Source of the DNA: Octopus vulgaris | Taxonomy: Eukaryota | Assembly: GCA_951406725.2 (NCBI GenBank) | Contig: OX597822.1 | Location: 46,934,001-46,998,000, forward strand | Direction: 5' to 3' | Length of the DNA: 64,000 nt | Shown here: positions 37,741-50,786 of the stretch, in pieces | Position numbering within the stretch: position 1 is the stretch's first letter | How the letters are laid out: each line of letters begins with the position of its first letter | Notes under the pieces: generated by a model | Told to the model about the DNA's origin: nothing | Databases searched by the model: none | The model's input: the letters and a program-made list of their open reading frames with translations, nothing else | Translations under genes and position numbers: made by a program

Positions 37741-38181
37741 AATCATCATCATCATTTAACATCCGCTTTCCATGCTGGCATGGGTTGGACGATTTGACAG
37801 AGGACTGGCGAGCCAGATGGCTGCACTAGGCTCCAGTCTGATCTGGCAGAGTTTCTACAGCTTGATGCTCTTCCTGACGCCAACCACTCCGAGAGTGTAG
37901 TGGGTGCTAGTTGAAATTTATAATATATATATATATATATTACGGAGATGTACTTGCATAGCATGTGACCTTATCTGAGCTCATGTGCTGAAACGAAAAC
38001 AATTGCAGTGTGGAAGGTGTTTATAAGCCATTTAAGAAACACACAAAAACTGTTAGATTCACTTCAACATTTAAATTTAATTTGCCAAAATATTTTTGTC
38101 AGTTTGAGACCGCAACCTGTTCACTGACAAAATTCCGTACTGCATGTAATTTGTCAGGTGATGAGGATGAAGTACAAAGAT

Positions 38182-38215
<34 letters not shown>

Positions 38216-39319
38216 TTCTACTCAGTTTCTGTCTACTAGATCCACTCACAATACATTGATCAGCCCTGAGCTATAGTAGAAGACACTTGTCCAATGTGCT
38301 ATGTAGCAGGAGTTAACCTGAAACCACATTGTTGCAGGACCATGCTGGGGCATTTTCTTGAAGAATATCTTGTCAAATGAATCAATTGCAGTACTTTTTC
38401 TCCCCTTTTTAAACTTGATTCTATCAGTTCCTTTTTGCTGGACTGCTAAGTTACAAGGATGTAAATGCACCAACACCAGTTGTCAAGCAGCAGTGGGGGA
38501 CAAACACAAACACTTTCTCTCTCTCTCACAAACACACACACATATGACAGGCTTCTTTCAGTTCCCATCTACCAAATCCACTCACAAGGCTTTGGTCAAC
38601 CTGAGGCTATAGTACCACTCTGTGGGACTGAACCCGGAGCCATGTGTTTGGGAACCAAGCTTCTTACCTCACAGCCACACCAGAAATTTGGATTAACAGA
38701 ACAAGATTATTTTCAGGCTAAAAGGAATGGTTCTCTCATAATTCAAGAAAGCTGTGAAGGAAAGTTTTTTTTTACATTTTACTTCTTTTTTTTTATTGTT
38801 TTGTAGTGAGGAGGTTCCAGAACCTCGTCATGGACTCCTCCTTACTCTTTGGACCCTGGGCTGGATCACTGGCCCTTCTTGTAGGCCCTAGGTGCAGGTG
38901 TAGCTGTGTGGTTAAGGTGCTTGCTTCCCAATCATGTGTATTGGGTTCAGTCCCAATGGGTTCATCCCACTGCATAGCACATTGGATAAGTGCCTTCTGC
39001 TATAGCCCTGGGTTGACCAAAACTTTGAGAACGGATTTGGTAAAAACTGAAAACGACAATGTGTGTGTGTGTGTATATTTGTGTGTACCTGTCTAGACAT
39101 CACCTGATGGTTGTAAATGAGCATCACTGTCATATAAGCGAGGTTGTTCATGTCCAGTCTTTCATGAAAAACCTGTTTCACTATAGGAAAATAAGTTAGT
39201 GTTGGCAACAGGAAGAGTATGCTGCCATAGAAAATCTACCTCAATAAATTCTATCTGACCCCCCACAAGAATGGAAAAGCAGATGTTAAATGATGATAAT
39301 GAATATGATGATAATCTTT

Positions 39320-40340
39320 GTGTATCACCTGTCTGTGAGAGAGAGAGATTCCGTTATGCTGCATCAGATCAGCTTGCTGCTACTAGTATCATGTAAGATA
39401 TTCTGTCTTGTAGGTGACTGAGCTATGCCAGCATATATTGTTACAGATCTAAGTATGTCACATGTGAGAAATGTTTCACTATAGTAGATTAGCTGTGCAG
39501 TTTGCGGAGGTAGAGTGAAAGAAATGCTTTGTCTTGTAGGTGAACTGTGCTGCTGTTTATCATCACAGATCTATGGCATTTGTCTGTAGCAAGTGACTTA
39601 TTCTGTTATTTATCACTGTAGATATATATGCGTATTACTGTAGATAAATATGTATGCTACCTGTCTATAAGAATATCCTATATTGTAGGTGAGCTGTGCA
39701 GGTGTTTATCTCTATGTATGTTTGTATGTATGTCAGTCATCTGTCTATAAGAATATCCTATAGTGTAGGTGAGCAGTACTGGTGTTTATCACTATAGATG
39801 TATATGTATGTCACCTGTCTTTTAGAATATCCTATATTGTGAGCTGTGCTGATGTTTATCACCTGTAGATATACATGTATATCATTTGTCTATAAGAATA
39901 TTATATATTGTAAGTGAGCTGTACTGGTGTTTATCACTGTAGATATACATGTATGTTACCTGTCTTTTAGAATATCTTATATTGTTAGTGTGCTGGTGTT
40001 TATCACCTGTAGGTATATATATGTACACCACTTGTCTATAAGAATATCCTATATGGTAGTGAGCTATATATGCGTTTATTTTATATATATATATATATAT
40101 GTATGTATATATATGTATAATGTTGCCTGAAATGTAAGAATATCTTATAAGGTAGTGAGCTGTATATGCGTTTATTTTATATATATATATATATGTTACC
40201 TGAAATGTAAGAATATCCTATAATGTTGGTGAGTTGTGCTGGTGATTATCAGTGTAGATATATATGTTCATCACCTGTCTATAAGAATATCCCTTATCAT
40301 TGGTGAGCTGTGCTGTTGTTTATCACACATATCACCTGTC
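39320..40340. repeat. Degenerate ~70-80-bp minisatellite, about 10 or more units
   Basis: Recurring CCTGTCTATAAGAATATCCTATATTGTAGGTGAGCTGTGCTGGTGTTTATCAC. Confidence 0.85.
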
Positions 40341-41632
40341 TGGTACACCCTACATCATTTCTATGTTGGATTGGGGCAGAAGGTTTACCAGGAACCAATG
40401 AATCAGAGGTCTACGCCAAATTCCAATGTCTGCTTTGGCATAGTTTCTACAGCTGGATGCCCTTCCTAACGCCGGCCACTTTACAGAATGTACTTGGTGC
40501 TTTCTATGTGGAACCAGCACCAGTGAGGTCACCAAGTAACTCACAAGACAAGCCTCTTACCATCTTAAAAAGAAATTTTAAAAAGATACTTTGAGCAATG
40601 CATTCCTGGATACGCCTAAAAAAAGGATGGTCACAGTTGACCTACATGACCAAGACTGACCTAGGGTTAAACAACACCATGCCCTGCTGTAATATGTGAG
40701 CTGTGCTTCTCTTCATTACCATAGATTCCTGTATGTATACCAGCTGCCTGAAAGAAGTATACAAATGGGTGTTAATAATTATAATGAATCACACCGAGTT
40801 CAAATTCCACTGAGGTTGACTTTGCCTTTCCCTTTCAGGGTCAACAAAATACCAGTTGAGCACTGGGGTTGATGTAATCGACTCATACACCCCAAACTTG
40901 CTACTTTTGGGCCAAAATCTGAAATTTGTAATTATGATGAATCACCTCGTTACTGTGTTAGGTTTACTTAAAAGTAAACTGGCCAAATGGTCAAGATATT
41001 AGACTACCTGCTCATAGATGAGCGGTTCAAATCCACTGCAGGCAGTTCCTTGTCTCTGTGTTCTCACACTCTGATCTGAACTGTCTCAGCCAGGAATATC
41101 ATCTTTTGGTCTCTCACCTGTTCACTGTTGCTGATTTATTTAAAAGCAAACCTTTTAATATTTTCCACCTCTTTCTTTTCTCCTCTCCCTCCTCTCCCCC
41201 CCCTCCCCCTCCTCTCTCTCTCCTTCTCTCTCCCACCTCTTTCCCTCCTCTCTCCATCCCCTCTCTCACTCCTCTCCCCTTCCCCCTCTTTCCTTCCTCT
41301 CTCTCCTCTCTTCTTCTCCCTTCTTTCCCTTATTCTCTTCTTACTCTTTCTATCTGTATGCCTATATTCCTGTGCACATGTGTGCCAAAAAGTAGTCAAA
41401 AAACCAGATCAATGTCCAGTTAGTCATGCTAAACCACCAATGTCTAAACAGCTGTGACTATCTAACTGTTTAATTACATACAATGTACCCAAGGATCACA
41501 CTCCCCAATTGTATCGTTTCTAAAACTGTAGGATATGATTTCAAGAAGGTTTAGCTGCTATTTCTAGCAGATAAAATACCATTTACAAACTCTCCCTGTA
41601 TCCATCAATCCTTCTCTCTCTCTCTGTGTATG

Positions 41633-41664
<32 letters not shown>

Positions 41665-41669
<5 letters not shown>

Positions 41670-42250
41670 TCATCATTTAACATTCGTTTTCCATGCTAGC
41701 ATGGGTTGGACGGTTCTACCGGGGTCTGGGAAGCCAGGATGCTGCACCAGGTTCTAGTCTGATCTGGCAGTGTTTCTACAGCTGGATGCCCTTCCTTATG
41801 CCAACCACTCCGTGAGTGTAGTGGGTGCTTTTTACGTGCCAGGGGAGGCTGGCAGCAGTCATGATCGGTTGGTGCTTTTTACGTGCCACCAGCACGGAAG
41901 CCAGTCAAGGCGGCGCTGGCCTTAGCCACATTCAGATGGTACTTTTTATGTGCCACCGGCACAGGTATCACAACTACAATTTCCATTTGATTTTTTATTT
42001 TGATGTTGATGTACTTGACACACCAGGTCTCCTCAAGCACAGCAGGTTGCCCTTCAATCCAAGGTAAGCATAGCAGGCCATTCTGCGATCCAAAGTACTT
42101 CGGATAGGCTGGGGCTGCTATGTGAAACTGGTGCAGGAAACAGCCATGAACTCACGTTATTTGTCAGGTCTTCGCAGTCACAGCATATCTTCAGAGATCT
42201 CGGTCTTTCGTGATTGCCTCTGTGAGGCCCAACGTTCGATGGTCATGCTT
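41665..42250 (-). mobile_element. Family C non-autonomous retroposon with (GAT)n tail; others at 37743-37910, 49445-49710 (+), 51370-51950 and 53573-53930
   Basis: Shared CATCATTTAACRTCYGYTTTCCATGCTRGCATGGGTTGGA and TTTCTACAGCTGGATGCCCTTCC; internal GGTGCTTTTTACGTGCCAC subrepeats. Confidence 0.75.
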
Positions 42251-42252
42251 GA

Positions 42253-42294
<42 letters not shown>

Positions 42295-42306
42295 CGTACA
42301 TACATA

Positions 42307-43142
42307 CAGAGTGCAGTGAATATATTGTTGTCTAAATTACACAAAAATGAAAATAACACTGACATCTCACTTTAACAGATATATTTACCAAAAGTACATA
42401 AAAATATCTTGAAATATTAAAGAGTAAATTTATTCAATAAAATAACCATTGGCTTCAACCACGGCCTCCAGACGACTTCAGAATCTCCTGCAACTCTTCT
42501 GGACAGTCTGCTTGTTTAAGTTGGTGAATGTTGCCATAATATTTGCCTTCAGTTCATTTTTGGTGTTAGGAGTTTTGTCGGTTTCATTCTCAACTGCACC
42601 CCACACATAATGATCAAGGGACTGCAGTTAGGGGTGATGTGGTCGCAGAAATTTTCTGACAGCCATGACTGGGTTTTCCTGCTTGTGAGGCATTGTGCAG
42701 AGTCCTGTTGCCAGACATAGGATCTTCCAGCAGCCAGCTTCTTGACCCAGGGCAGCACTACCTCCTCTAGGCACTTGATTTAGACCTCTGTGTTGAGTGT
42801 GAGGCCATGTAGGCATAACATCGCCATCACTAGTGATTCCGTCAAATACCTTCGTAATCACCATTAGACTCCTCCAACTCTTTCCAAATCCTCTACACAG
42901 TCCTCAGATTGAACACCAAACACTTCAAAATGTTTGTATTGGAGCTTCCAACATGAATGGCAAGTAGTACAGCATGTTATTTCCAAATTTCTGGCAGAGT
43001 GAATTGTGTCATGGTGCTGTTTTTCTCACAGACAGTACCCAACTGACCCAACTATACTGTGTAGTCGACAAAATCAAAAACAAACAATGCAAATGCACGA
43101 AATTAAAAATATAGAAGGGTAACGATTTACCATCATTCCCTA
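42307..43142 (-). mobile_element. Tc1/mariner superfamily (maT/DD37D-like) internally deleted element
   Basis: ITSDGDVMP and LPWVKKLAAGRSYVWQQDSA...KTQSWLSENF; TIR CAGAGTGCAGTGAAT after TA; homologous to 58355-59557. Confidence 0.8.
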
Positions 43143-43161
43143 TGTGTATGTGTATATACAT

Positions 43162-43210
<49 letters not shown>

Positions 43211-44134
43211 CATGTCTATATGACAAAGCTAATTAATCTCTGCTTTTTTTCCTCACTGAGATCTGTCCAGACAGGTAAACCATCCACCAGTCAGATTTAA
43301 GTCAAGGTTACATAACATTGCTCATATTCCCCTTCCCCCTCACCCCTCTTAATCTCCATCTCCCTTCTTCTTCGTCACCGCCAACTTCGTCTTTTAGAAC
43401 CTTGCTTTGTGTATTCTCTGTCATTCCCACCATCTCCTCTCTCAGCCATTGCCACCAACCAATTGCTGTCATCCACTTTCTTGTCCAATAATAATAATAC
43501 TGATACTAATAATACTAATAATGATAATAATAATAATAGTGAGTGACTGACACACAAGACAGGAGACATGCACACCATTTTGTGTTATGGTAAATATCAC
43601 ACACACACACACACACACATATCCTTGCCATCACAGCCATGCCCTCCAACCTCCACCATATTTATCTCATCCCCTGTCATCACCCACTCCCTGCCTATCA
43701 CTGTTCTATCTCTTCTCTTCATCCTATTGAATTCATGAAAGACACACAATCTGTCTTTCAGAGAAACCCACTCAGATTAGGATAATCTTTCCCAGAAAAT
43801 TGCTATTATTTTTCTCCTCATTTTTCTCATGCTGCTACTGTTGCTTCTCCTCCTTCGTCTTCTTTTTCTTCTCTCTCTCCCTTTTCTTCTTTCTCTTCCT
43901 TTTCTTCTTCTTTCTTCTCCCTTTTCTTCTTCTTTCTCTCCCTTTTTTTCTTCTTTCTCTTTTTTCTTCTTTTGCTCTTTTTTCTCCTTCTTTCTCTTTC
44001 TCCTTTTTCTTCTACTGCACCTCTTCTTGTCATTCCTCTTTCTCCTCCTCCTCTTTCTCTTCCTATTTCTCCTCCGCTTTCTACTTCTTCATCATCAAAG
44101 CAGTGTACTGACGGAATAATTATTGCATCAAAGC

Positions 44135-45432
44135 AGTAAACTGGCAGAAACATTAGCTCACTGGGCGAAATGCTTAACAATATTTCATCTATCTTTACGT
44201 TCTGAGTTCAAATTCCGCTGAGGTCGACTTTGCCTTTCATCCTTTTGGGGTCGATAAATTAAGTACCAGTTGCATATTGGGGTCGATGTAATCGACTGCA
44301 CCCCCCCCCTCCACCAAAATTTCAGGCTTTGTGCCTAGAGTAGGAAAGAATAATTATTGCATTGTATAAAATACTTAGTTGAATTTCTTCAAGCTGAGTT
44401 CAAATTCTGCTGAGGTCAACTTTACCATTCGAGGTCAAAGTACAGGGATCAATAAAATTAATTATTCCCCTCCTATCAAATTTTAACCCAACACCAGTCA
44501 AATACTGGGACTGATGTAATTGACTAACACCCACCTCACAATTTTCAGGCTTTGTACCTAAACTAGAAAGAATTATTACTACTAAGGTGGTGGGTGGACT
44601 GGCAGAATTATTAGCATACTAGACAAAATACTTAACCGCATTTCTTCCGACTGTTTACATTCTGTGTTAAAATTCTACTGAGGCTGACTTTACCTCTCAT
44701 TCTTTCAGGGTCAGTAAAAATAAAGTACTAGGGATTGATGTAATTGACTAACCCTCTCCTTCTCAATTTGCTGGTATAGTGTCAAAATTAGGGAAAAGTT
44801 ATTATTATTATTATTAATGGCGAGCTGGCAGAAACGTTAGCACGCCGGGCGAAATGCTTAGCAGTATTTCGCCTGCTGTTACATTCTGAGTTCAAATTCC
44901 GCCAAGGTCGACTTTGCTTTTCATCCTTTTGGGGTTGATAAATTAAGTACCAGTTAAGCACTGGGGTCGATGTAATCAACTTAATCCGTTTGTCTGTCCT
45001 TGTTTGTCCTCTCTTTGTGAAGCCCCTTGTGGGTAGTAAAGAATTAGGTATTTCGTCTCCCACTATGTTCTGAGATCCATCTTGACATTCTGAGTTCAAA
45101 TTCCACTGAGATCAACTTTGCCTTTTGTCATTTCAGGGTCAATAAAATACTGGGGGTTGATATAATCCTCTTTCTCCTCCCCCAAAATTTCAGGCCTTGT
45201 GCCTTTAGTAGAAAGCATTATTATTATTATCATTACTATTATTGTTATTGGTGAAATGCTTAATGGTATTTTGTCTGTCTTTACGCCCTGAGTTCAAATT
45301 CTGCTGAGGTTGACTTTTGCCTTTCATCCTTTCGAGGGTTGTTAAATTAAGTACCAGTTACACACTAGGGTTGATATAATCGACTTACTCCCTTCCCTCA
45401 AATCTGAGGTCCTGTGCTTCCAGTAGAAGGAA
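44135..45432 (+). mobile_element. Cluster of about five same-orientation SINE family A copies
   Basis: Copies start at ~44135, 44390, 44585, 44818 and 45250, separated by ATT-rich linkers. Confidence 0.8.
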
Positions 45433-46038
45433 TTATTATATTTATTATTATTATATCTTGTCTCTATCTTCTCCACACTGTCATTACTACCACTTCAGCT
45501 ACCAGCAACGATAAATCATTTTTACTATTATAATCACCAACATCGTAATCATCATCATCACTAACTGCTTGCAATAAATCACTTTCAACACCACCTGCAC
45601 TGTCATTACCACCACCACCATCACAATGTTATGATTGCCACCACCACCACCATCACAATGTTGTGATTGCCACCACCACCACCACCAACATCACTACTTC
45701 AGTAGACACCTCTCAATCCCAAGGTTATTATTTATGGTGAAAGAATCTGTTGAAGAGATAAGATATTCTGTCTATTTTCCTGGAAAGGTTAAACATCTTC
45801 ACTTAATGTCTGCTTTTCTATGCTTGCATGGGTTGGACAGAATTTGTCATGGTAGATTTTATATGGCTGGATGCTCTTGCTGTTGCCAACCTTTGCCTAT
45901 TTCCTGGCAAGGTAATATTATCCTTTGCCAGATATGTGTTCCATGAAAGACTGGAAATGGATCACAGGTCTTGTATGGTGGTGATACTGCTTTACAGCCA
46001 TCATGGGATGTCAAGGCAACAGTACACACATGCACACA

Positions 46039-46170
46039 CACTACAGAACAGAGAAGTCAGTTCACAGCACCGTTTCTTTTAAGATTTCTTGAAGAAGAGG
46101 TCTTAACCCGAAATACTGAAGTATGAGGTAAAAGTACATACTATCAACTTGTATTATTTTTTATAAGTTG
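46039..46170 (+). mobile_element. Second copy of the 5311-5450 repeat
   Basis: CACTACAGAACAGAGAAGTCAGTTCACAGCACC...TTGAAGAAGAGGTCTTAACCCGAAATACTGAAG. Confidence 0.5.
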
Positions 46171-46649
46171 CATTGATTTGACTTTAAAAAAAATTAAAAT
46201 ACACATTACACTCACTCACTCTCTCACACACACATATTACATTCACACACACATTACACTCACTCACACACTTGACACTGCTTAACAAAACCATTCATTC
46301 CAAAAGCATATAAAGTTTGTTTACAAAAACAATTACAGAATTGTAAAACTCTACAGTACTTAACAAAACCATTCGCACAATGTTCTTTTTTTTTTCTTTT
46401 TTTTTTACTTGTTTCAGTCATTTTGACTGTGGCCATACTGGAGCACCGCCTGTTAGTCAAAGAAATCAACGCCTACACTTATTCTTTGTAAACCTGGTAC
46501 TTATTCTATCAGTCTCTTTTGCCAAATCGCTAGGTTACAAGGACATAAACACACCAGCATCAGTTGCTAAGCAATGATGGGGGACAAACACAAACACACA
46601 AGGGTATATGTGAGTGGATTTGGTAGACAGAAACTGAAAGAAGCCCATC

Positions 46650-46691
<42 letters not shown>

Positions 46692-46843
46692 GGTGGGCTT
46701 TCAGTTTCTGTCACCAAATAAACTCACAAGGCTTTGGTTGGCCCGAGGCTATAGTAGAAGATACTTGTCCAAGGTACCATACAGTGGGACTGAACCTGGA
46801 ACCATGTGAACCTAGAACCAAGCTACCTACCACATAGCCATGC

Positions 46844-46894
<51 letters not shown>

Positions 46895-47653
46895 ATCATC
46901 TTCATTAAACTTTAACATCCATTTTCCATGCTGGCATGGGTTGGATGGTTTGACAGGAGGAGCAAGCCACGGTGATGTGCTAAGCTCCATTGTCAGATTT
47001 TTGCATGGTTCCTATGGCTTAATGCCATTACTAATGCCAAAATGAGATATCTATGTTTAATGTGTATGTGTTTGTATGTCTTTGGGTATGTTCCCCAACC
47101 ACCACTGCATAGCTTGATTACCAGTGCTGGTTTGTTTACATCCACATAACTTGGCAGTTCATCAAAAGATACAGGCTTTCAAAAATAAATAAATAAATAA
47201 AAGCATAAGTGCTGGGGGCTGATTTGTTTGATAGACCTCTTCAAGAGAGTGCCCCAGCATGGCCAGAGTCCAATGATTGAAACAAGTAAAAGATAAACAA
47301 GTGAAGGGAAAGAACCCAACTGGATCAGTGGCATGAGCATAAATATTTCGGGGAGTGGGAGGTGGAGCGGAGGAGGGGGGTGATGTACTGAATGACTTCT
47401 ACAGAAAATCTCTCAAATTGAAATTTGCTTTACTTTCTCGATGGGGGTGGTGTGTGGTGGAGGAGGGCGAAAGGGGGTCCATCCTCTCTCCTTTGTCTTG
47501 TGTGTGTGTGTATGTGCATGCCTCAGTATGTTTATTTGTGTTTGGTATTTATAAACAGCTGCTTGTACATCAGCTGTGGATCATGTGGTGTGTGTGGGGT
47601 TGTGGGGACATATTACAGACCTTGTGTGATGGTAAAATGTCAAAAGGAAATGG

Positions 47654-47694
<41 letters not shown>

Positions 47695-49385
47695 CCTCTT
47701 CCACTCTTTCTCTCTCCTTTCTCCTCCCTCTTCCACTATTTCTCTCTCTCTCCCCTTTCTCCTTCCTCTTCCACTCTTTCTCTCTCTCATTCTCTCTATA
47801 TATACATTGTAACATCTAAAATCATTTGTTTACATGACATAATTGTGTGTGTGTATGTATTAGTTATAAATATGGTTTATAATAATGGAATCAATAAATC
47901 TAAGGTTGAATGCACTTTCATATATTTCTGTCAAAATATTGTTATGTTATATACATTATGTACATGTGTCTGAATGTATGTGTGTATAATATATGTGTAA
48001 TGTGTATGTATATTATTGAATAACTTATGGTTTCTGTTGCCTTTTCCACATGTATGTGTTTACAGCTGTGTGTGTGTGTATACACACACACACACACACA
48101 CACACATTCACACACTCACTCACACACACACTCACTCACACACAATGATTATTTCACTGTTTGAGACTGTCTTTTTTTTCTCCTTGTGAAGTGACTTCCG
48201 GGATTTTTGGAGTTTTGCCGGAGTGACTCAATGTCTGACATTAAAGCTAACCTTTAACTTGCCACTCAATCTAATTTCCTTCAAGATACAGACACACTCT
48301 CCACCCTACATGTGGTGGTGGTGATGTTAGAAGGGGTGGTCATGGTGGTGGGGGTGGTTATAATGAAAATTGTTTTGTTGAGTTTGATTCTGATGGTGAT
48401 GATGGTGGTCATGGTGAATATGTGTTATAGTGATGAGAGAGATCACACAGCTTATTGAAATAGTGAGCCAGAAGTTAGTTACCTCAATAATTTATGTCTA
48501 GTTCCATGTTGTGGTCTTTTACTCTTTTATTTGTGGCCATGCTGGAGCACCACATTTAGTTGAACAAATCAACCCCAGGACTGATTGTTTGTAAACCCAG
48601 TACTTATTCTATTGGTCACTTTTGCAGAACTGCTAAGTTACAGGGATGTAAACACACCAGCGATGGTGGTGGGGGTGGGTGGACAAACTTACACACACAC
48701 ACACACATGATGGGCTTCTTTCAGTTTCCATCTACCAAATCTACTCACAAGGCTTTGGTTGGCCTGAGGCTATAGTAGAAGACACTTTGCCCAAGGTGCC
48801 ATGCAGTGGGACTGAACCTGGAACCATGTGGTTGGGAAGCAAGCTTCTTACCATGCAGCCACTCCTGCACAGTTCATCTCTGATAGAGCAAATCTGATAA
48901 AAAAAATGTTCTGTGATTGTCCTGTCTTTTTTTAGTTATCTAGGACAACATTATGCAATTTCTTTTTCTTAGATATGATTTGAGGGAGATTTGGCTGCTA
49001 TTTCTAGCATCACATAAAGCAATATTTCGCAGCTTTTCACTTTTGGATAACCCTTGAAATATATTCTATGTCTCAGAAACCAACCCACTCCAACCCCACT
49101 ACATAAAAATTATTATATGTCATTATTAGTCTTCTCTCTCTTTCATGAAATTAAATTTAAGCGATTATAGGCACAGGAGTGGCTGTGTGGTAAGAAGCTG
49201 TGTTGATGGAATTATTGCAAAAGCCATTCTTGCTGACGTTGTGGTGTGTAACAATGATGTGTCAGAGAAGAGTTAGTACCCAGGTTTATACTCTGTTCGA
49301 ATGGTTTCATTTATGTTGGAAAAAGTAAATTGATGGAGCAAACAGATTGCATTCCTAAGAGTTCTTCCTTTTTAATACATGCATA

Positions 49386-49425
<40 letters not shown>

Positions 49426-49722
49426 TATATATATATATATATGTGCTGTTTGACTGGTCCCATGCCAGTAGCAAGTAAAAAGCACCATTCGGGCTTTGTT
49501 GCTACCAGTGCTGCCTGACTGGCCCCCATGCCGGTGGCACGTAAAAAGCATCCACTAAACTCTGAGTGGTTGGTGTTGGGAAGGGCATCCAACTGTAGAA
49601 ACCTTGCCAGATCAGATTGGAACCTGGTGCAACCTCCTGGCTTGCCAGTCCTCAATCAAACCGTCCAACCCATGCCAGCATGAAAAGCAGACGTTAAACA
49701 ATGATGATGATATATACACATA

Positions 49723-50240
49723 CTAGGTTGAGGAAAAATTTTGTGTGCTGTGTTAAAATAATGATTTTTTTAATGCAAGAATTTATTCAAAATCAAGACC
49801 ATCATTTTCCACAACATTCTGCCAATGATCTGCATGCTTTCGGATTTGGTCAAAGAACCAATCCTTCGGCTTTGAATCGAAAAATTCTTGACAAGCTTCT
49901 TTAACTTTATCGAATGACTCAAATTGGCGACCTTTCATAAAATGCTGCATTGATCAGAAGAGACTGTAGTCAGATGGACCAATGTCTGGCCTATAGGCTG
50001 GATGCAGCAGAACTTCCAGACTGTCCAATTCTTCAATCTTGTTGCTGGTCTTTCTGGCGGTATGCAGATTTGAATTGTTTTCTTGAAACAAAGCGCATTT
50101 TCGACAAACAAGTCTTGGGTACTTTTCAACAGAGAATCACCATTGAACATGGCATGAACTGAATGAACACACACGCCACAAAAATATATATAAAAAAAGC
50201 ATTATTTTAACACGGTGCACAAACTTTTCCTTCAACCTGA
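49723..50240 (-). mobile_element. mariner-derived non-autonomous element with both TIRs
   Basis: TIRs AGGTTGAGGAAAAATTTTGTGTGCTGTGTTAAAATAATG / CATTATTTTAACACGGTGCACAAACTTTTCCTTCAACCTGA; relic HPAYRPDIGPSDYSLF (YSPDLAPSD motif). Confidence 0.85.
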
Positions 50241-50351
50241 TATATATATATATATATATAGTTTACTTATCTGTTAAGAAAGGATCAACAAGAAAGTACA
50301 CCATCCAATGAGAGGTAAATGTCATTTAATATACACGATATTAAGATAACG

Positions 50352-50441
50352 GCTACAAATAGTTTCTTGCCATTGAGACACAAGACATGTTACAAAATTC
50401 TGCCTAACCATGTGTTTCAATAGAAAGAAGCTGTTTGTAGC
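50352..50441. repeat. 31-bp imperfect inverted repeat
   Basis: 50352-50382 versus 50411-50441: 5 mismatches, several G.U-compatible. Confidence 0.75.
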
Positions 50442-50744
50442 TCTTAATACAGAATGCATTAAATGATATATCTGCCTTTTACATCCTGTGAAGCTTTGGT
50501 GACCAACCAGTTTGTTTAATTCCCTGTGCTTGGATCAACTCATTGAACAATAGCAATCCAAGTGGTACAAAATTACCATTGTTGCGTCATTCCTTCACAT
50601 TTAGAATTAGTTGTACTTACCTACATAAATACCTACCTACTGTCAGCTCCCAGTGGAGATTCAGCTCATAAGATAGATAGCATCTCTCCTCTCTCTCCCT
50701 TTATCTCACTCATCTCTCTCTTTATCTCCCTTTCTATCTCACTG

Positions 50745-50786
<42 letters not shown>

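Noticed and set aside
43800-44180. F/L/S-rich and K/E/R-rich ORFs (also 41058-41457)
   Set aside because: Translations of polypyrimidine/polypurine tracts.
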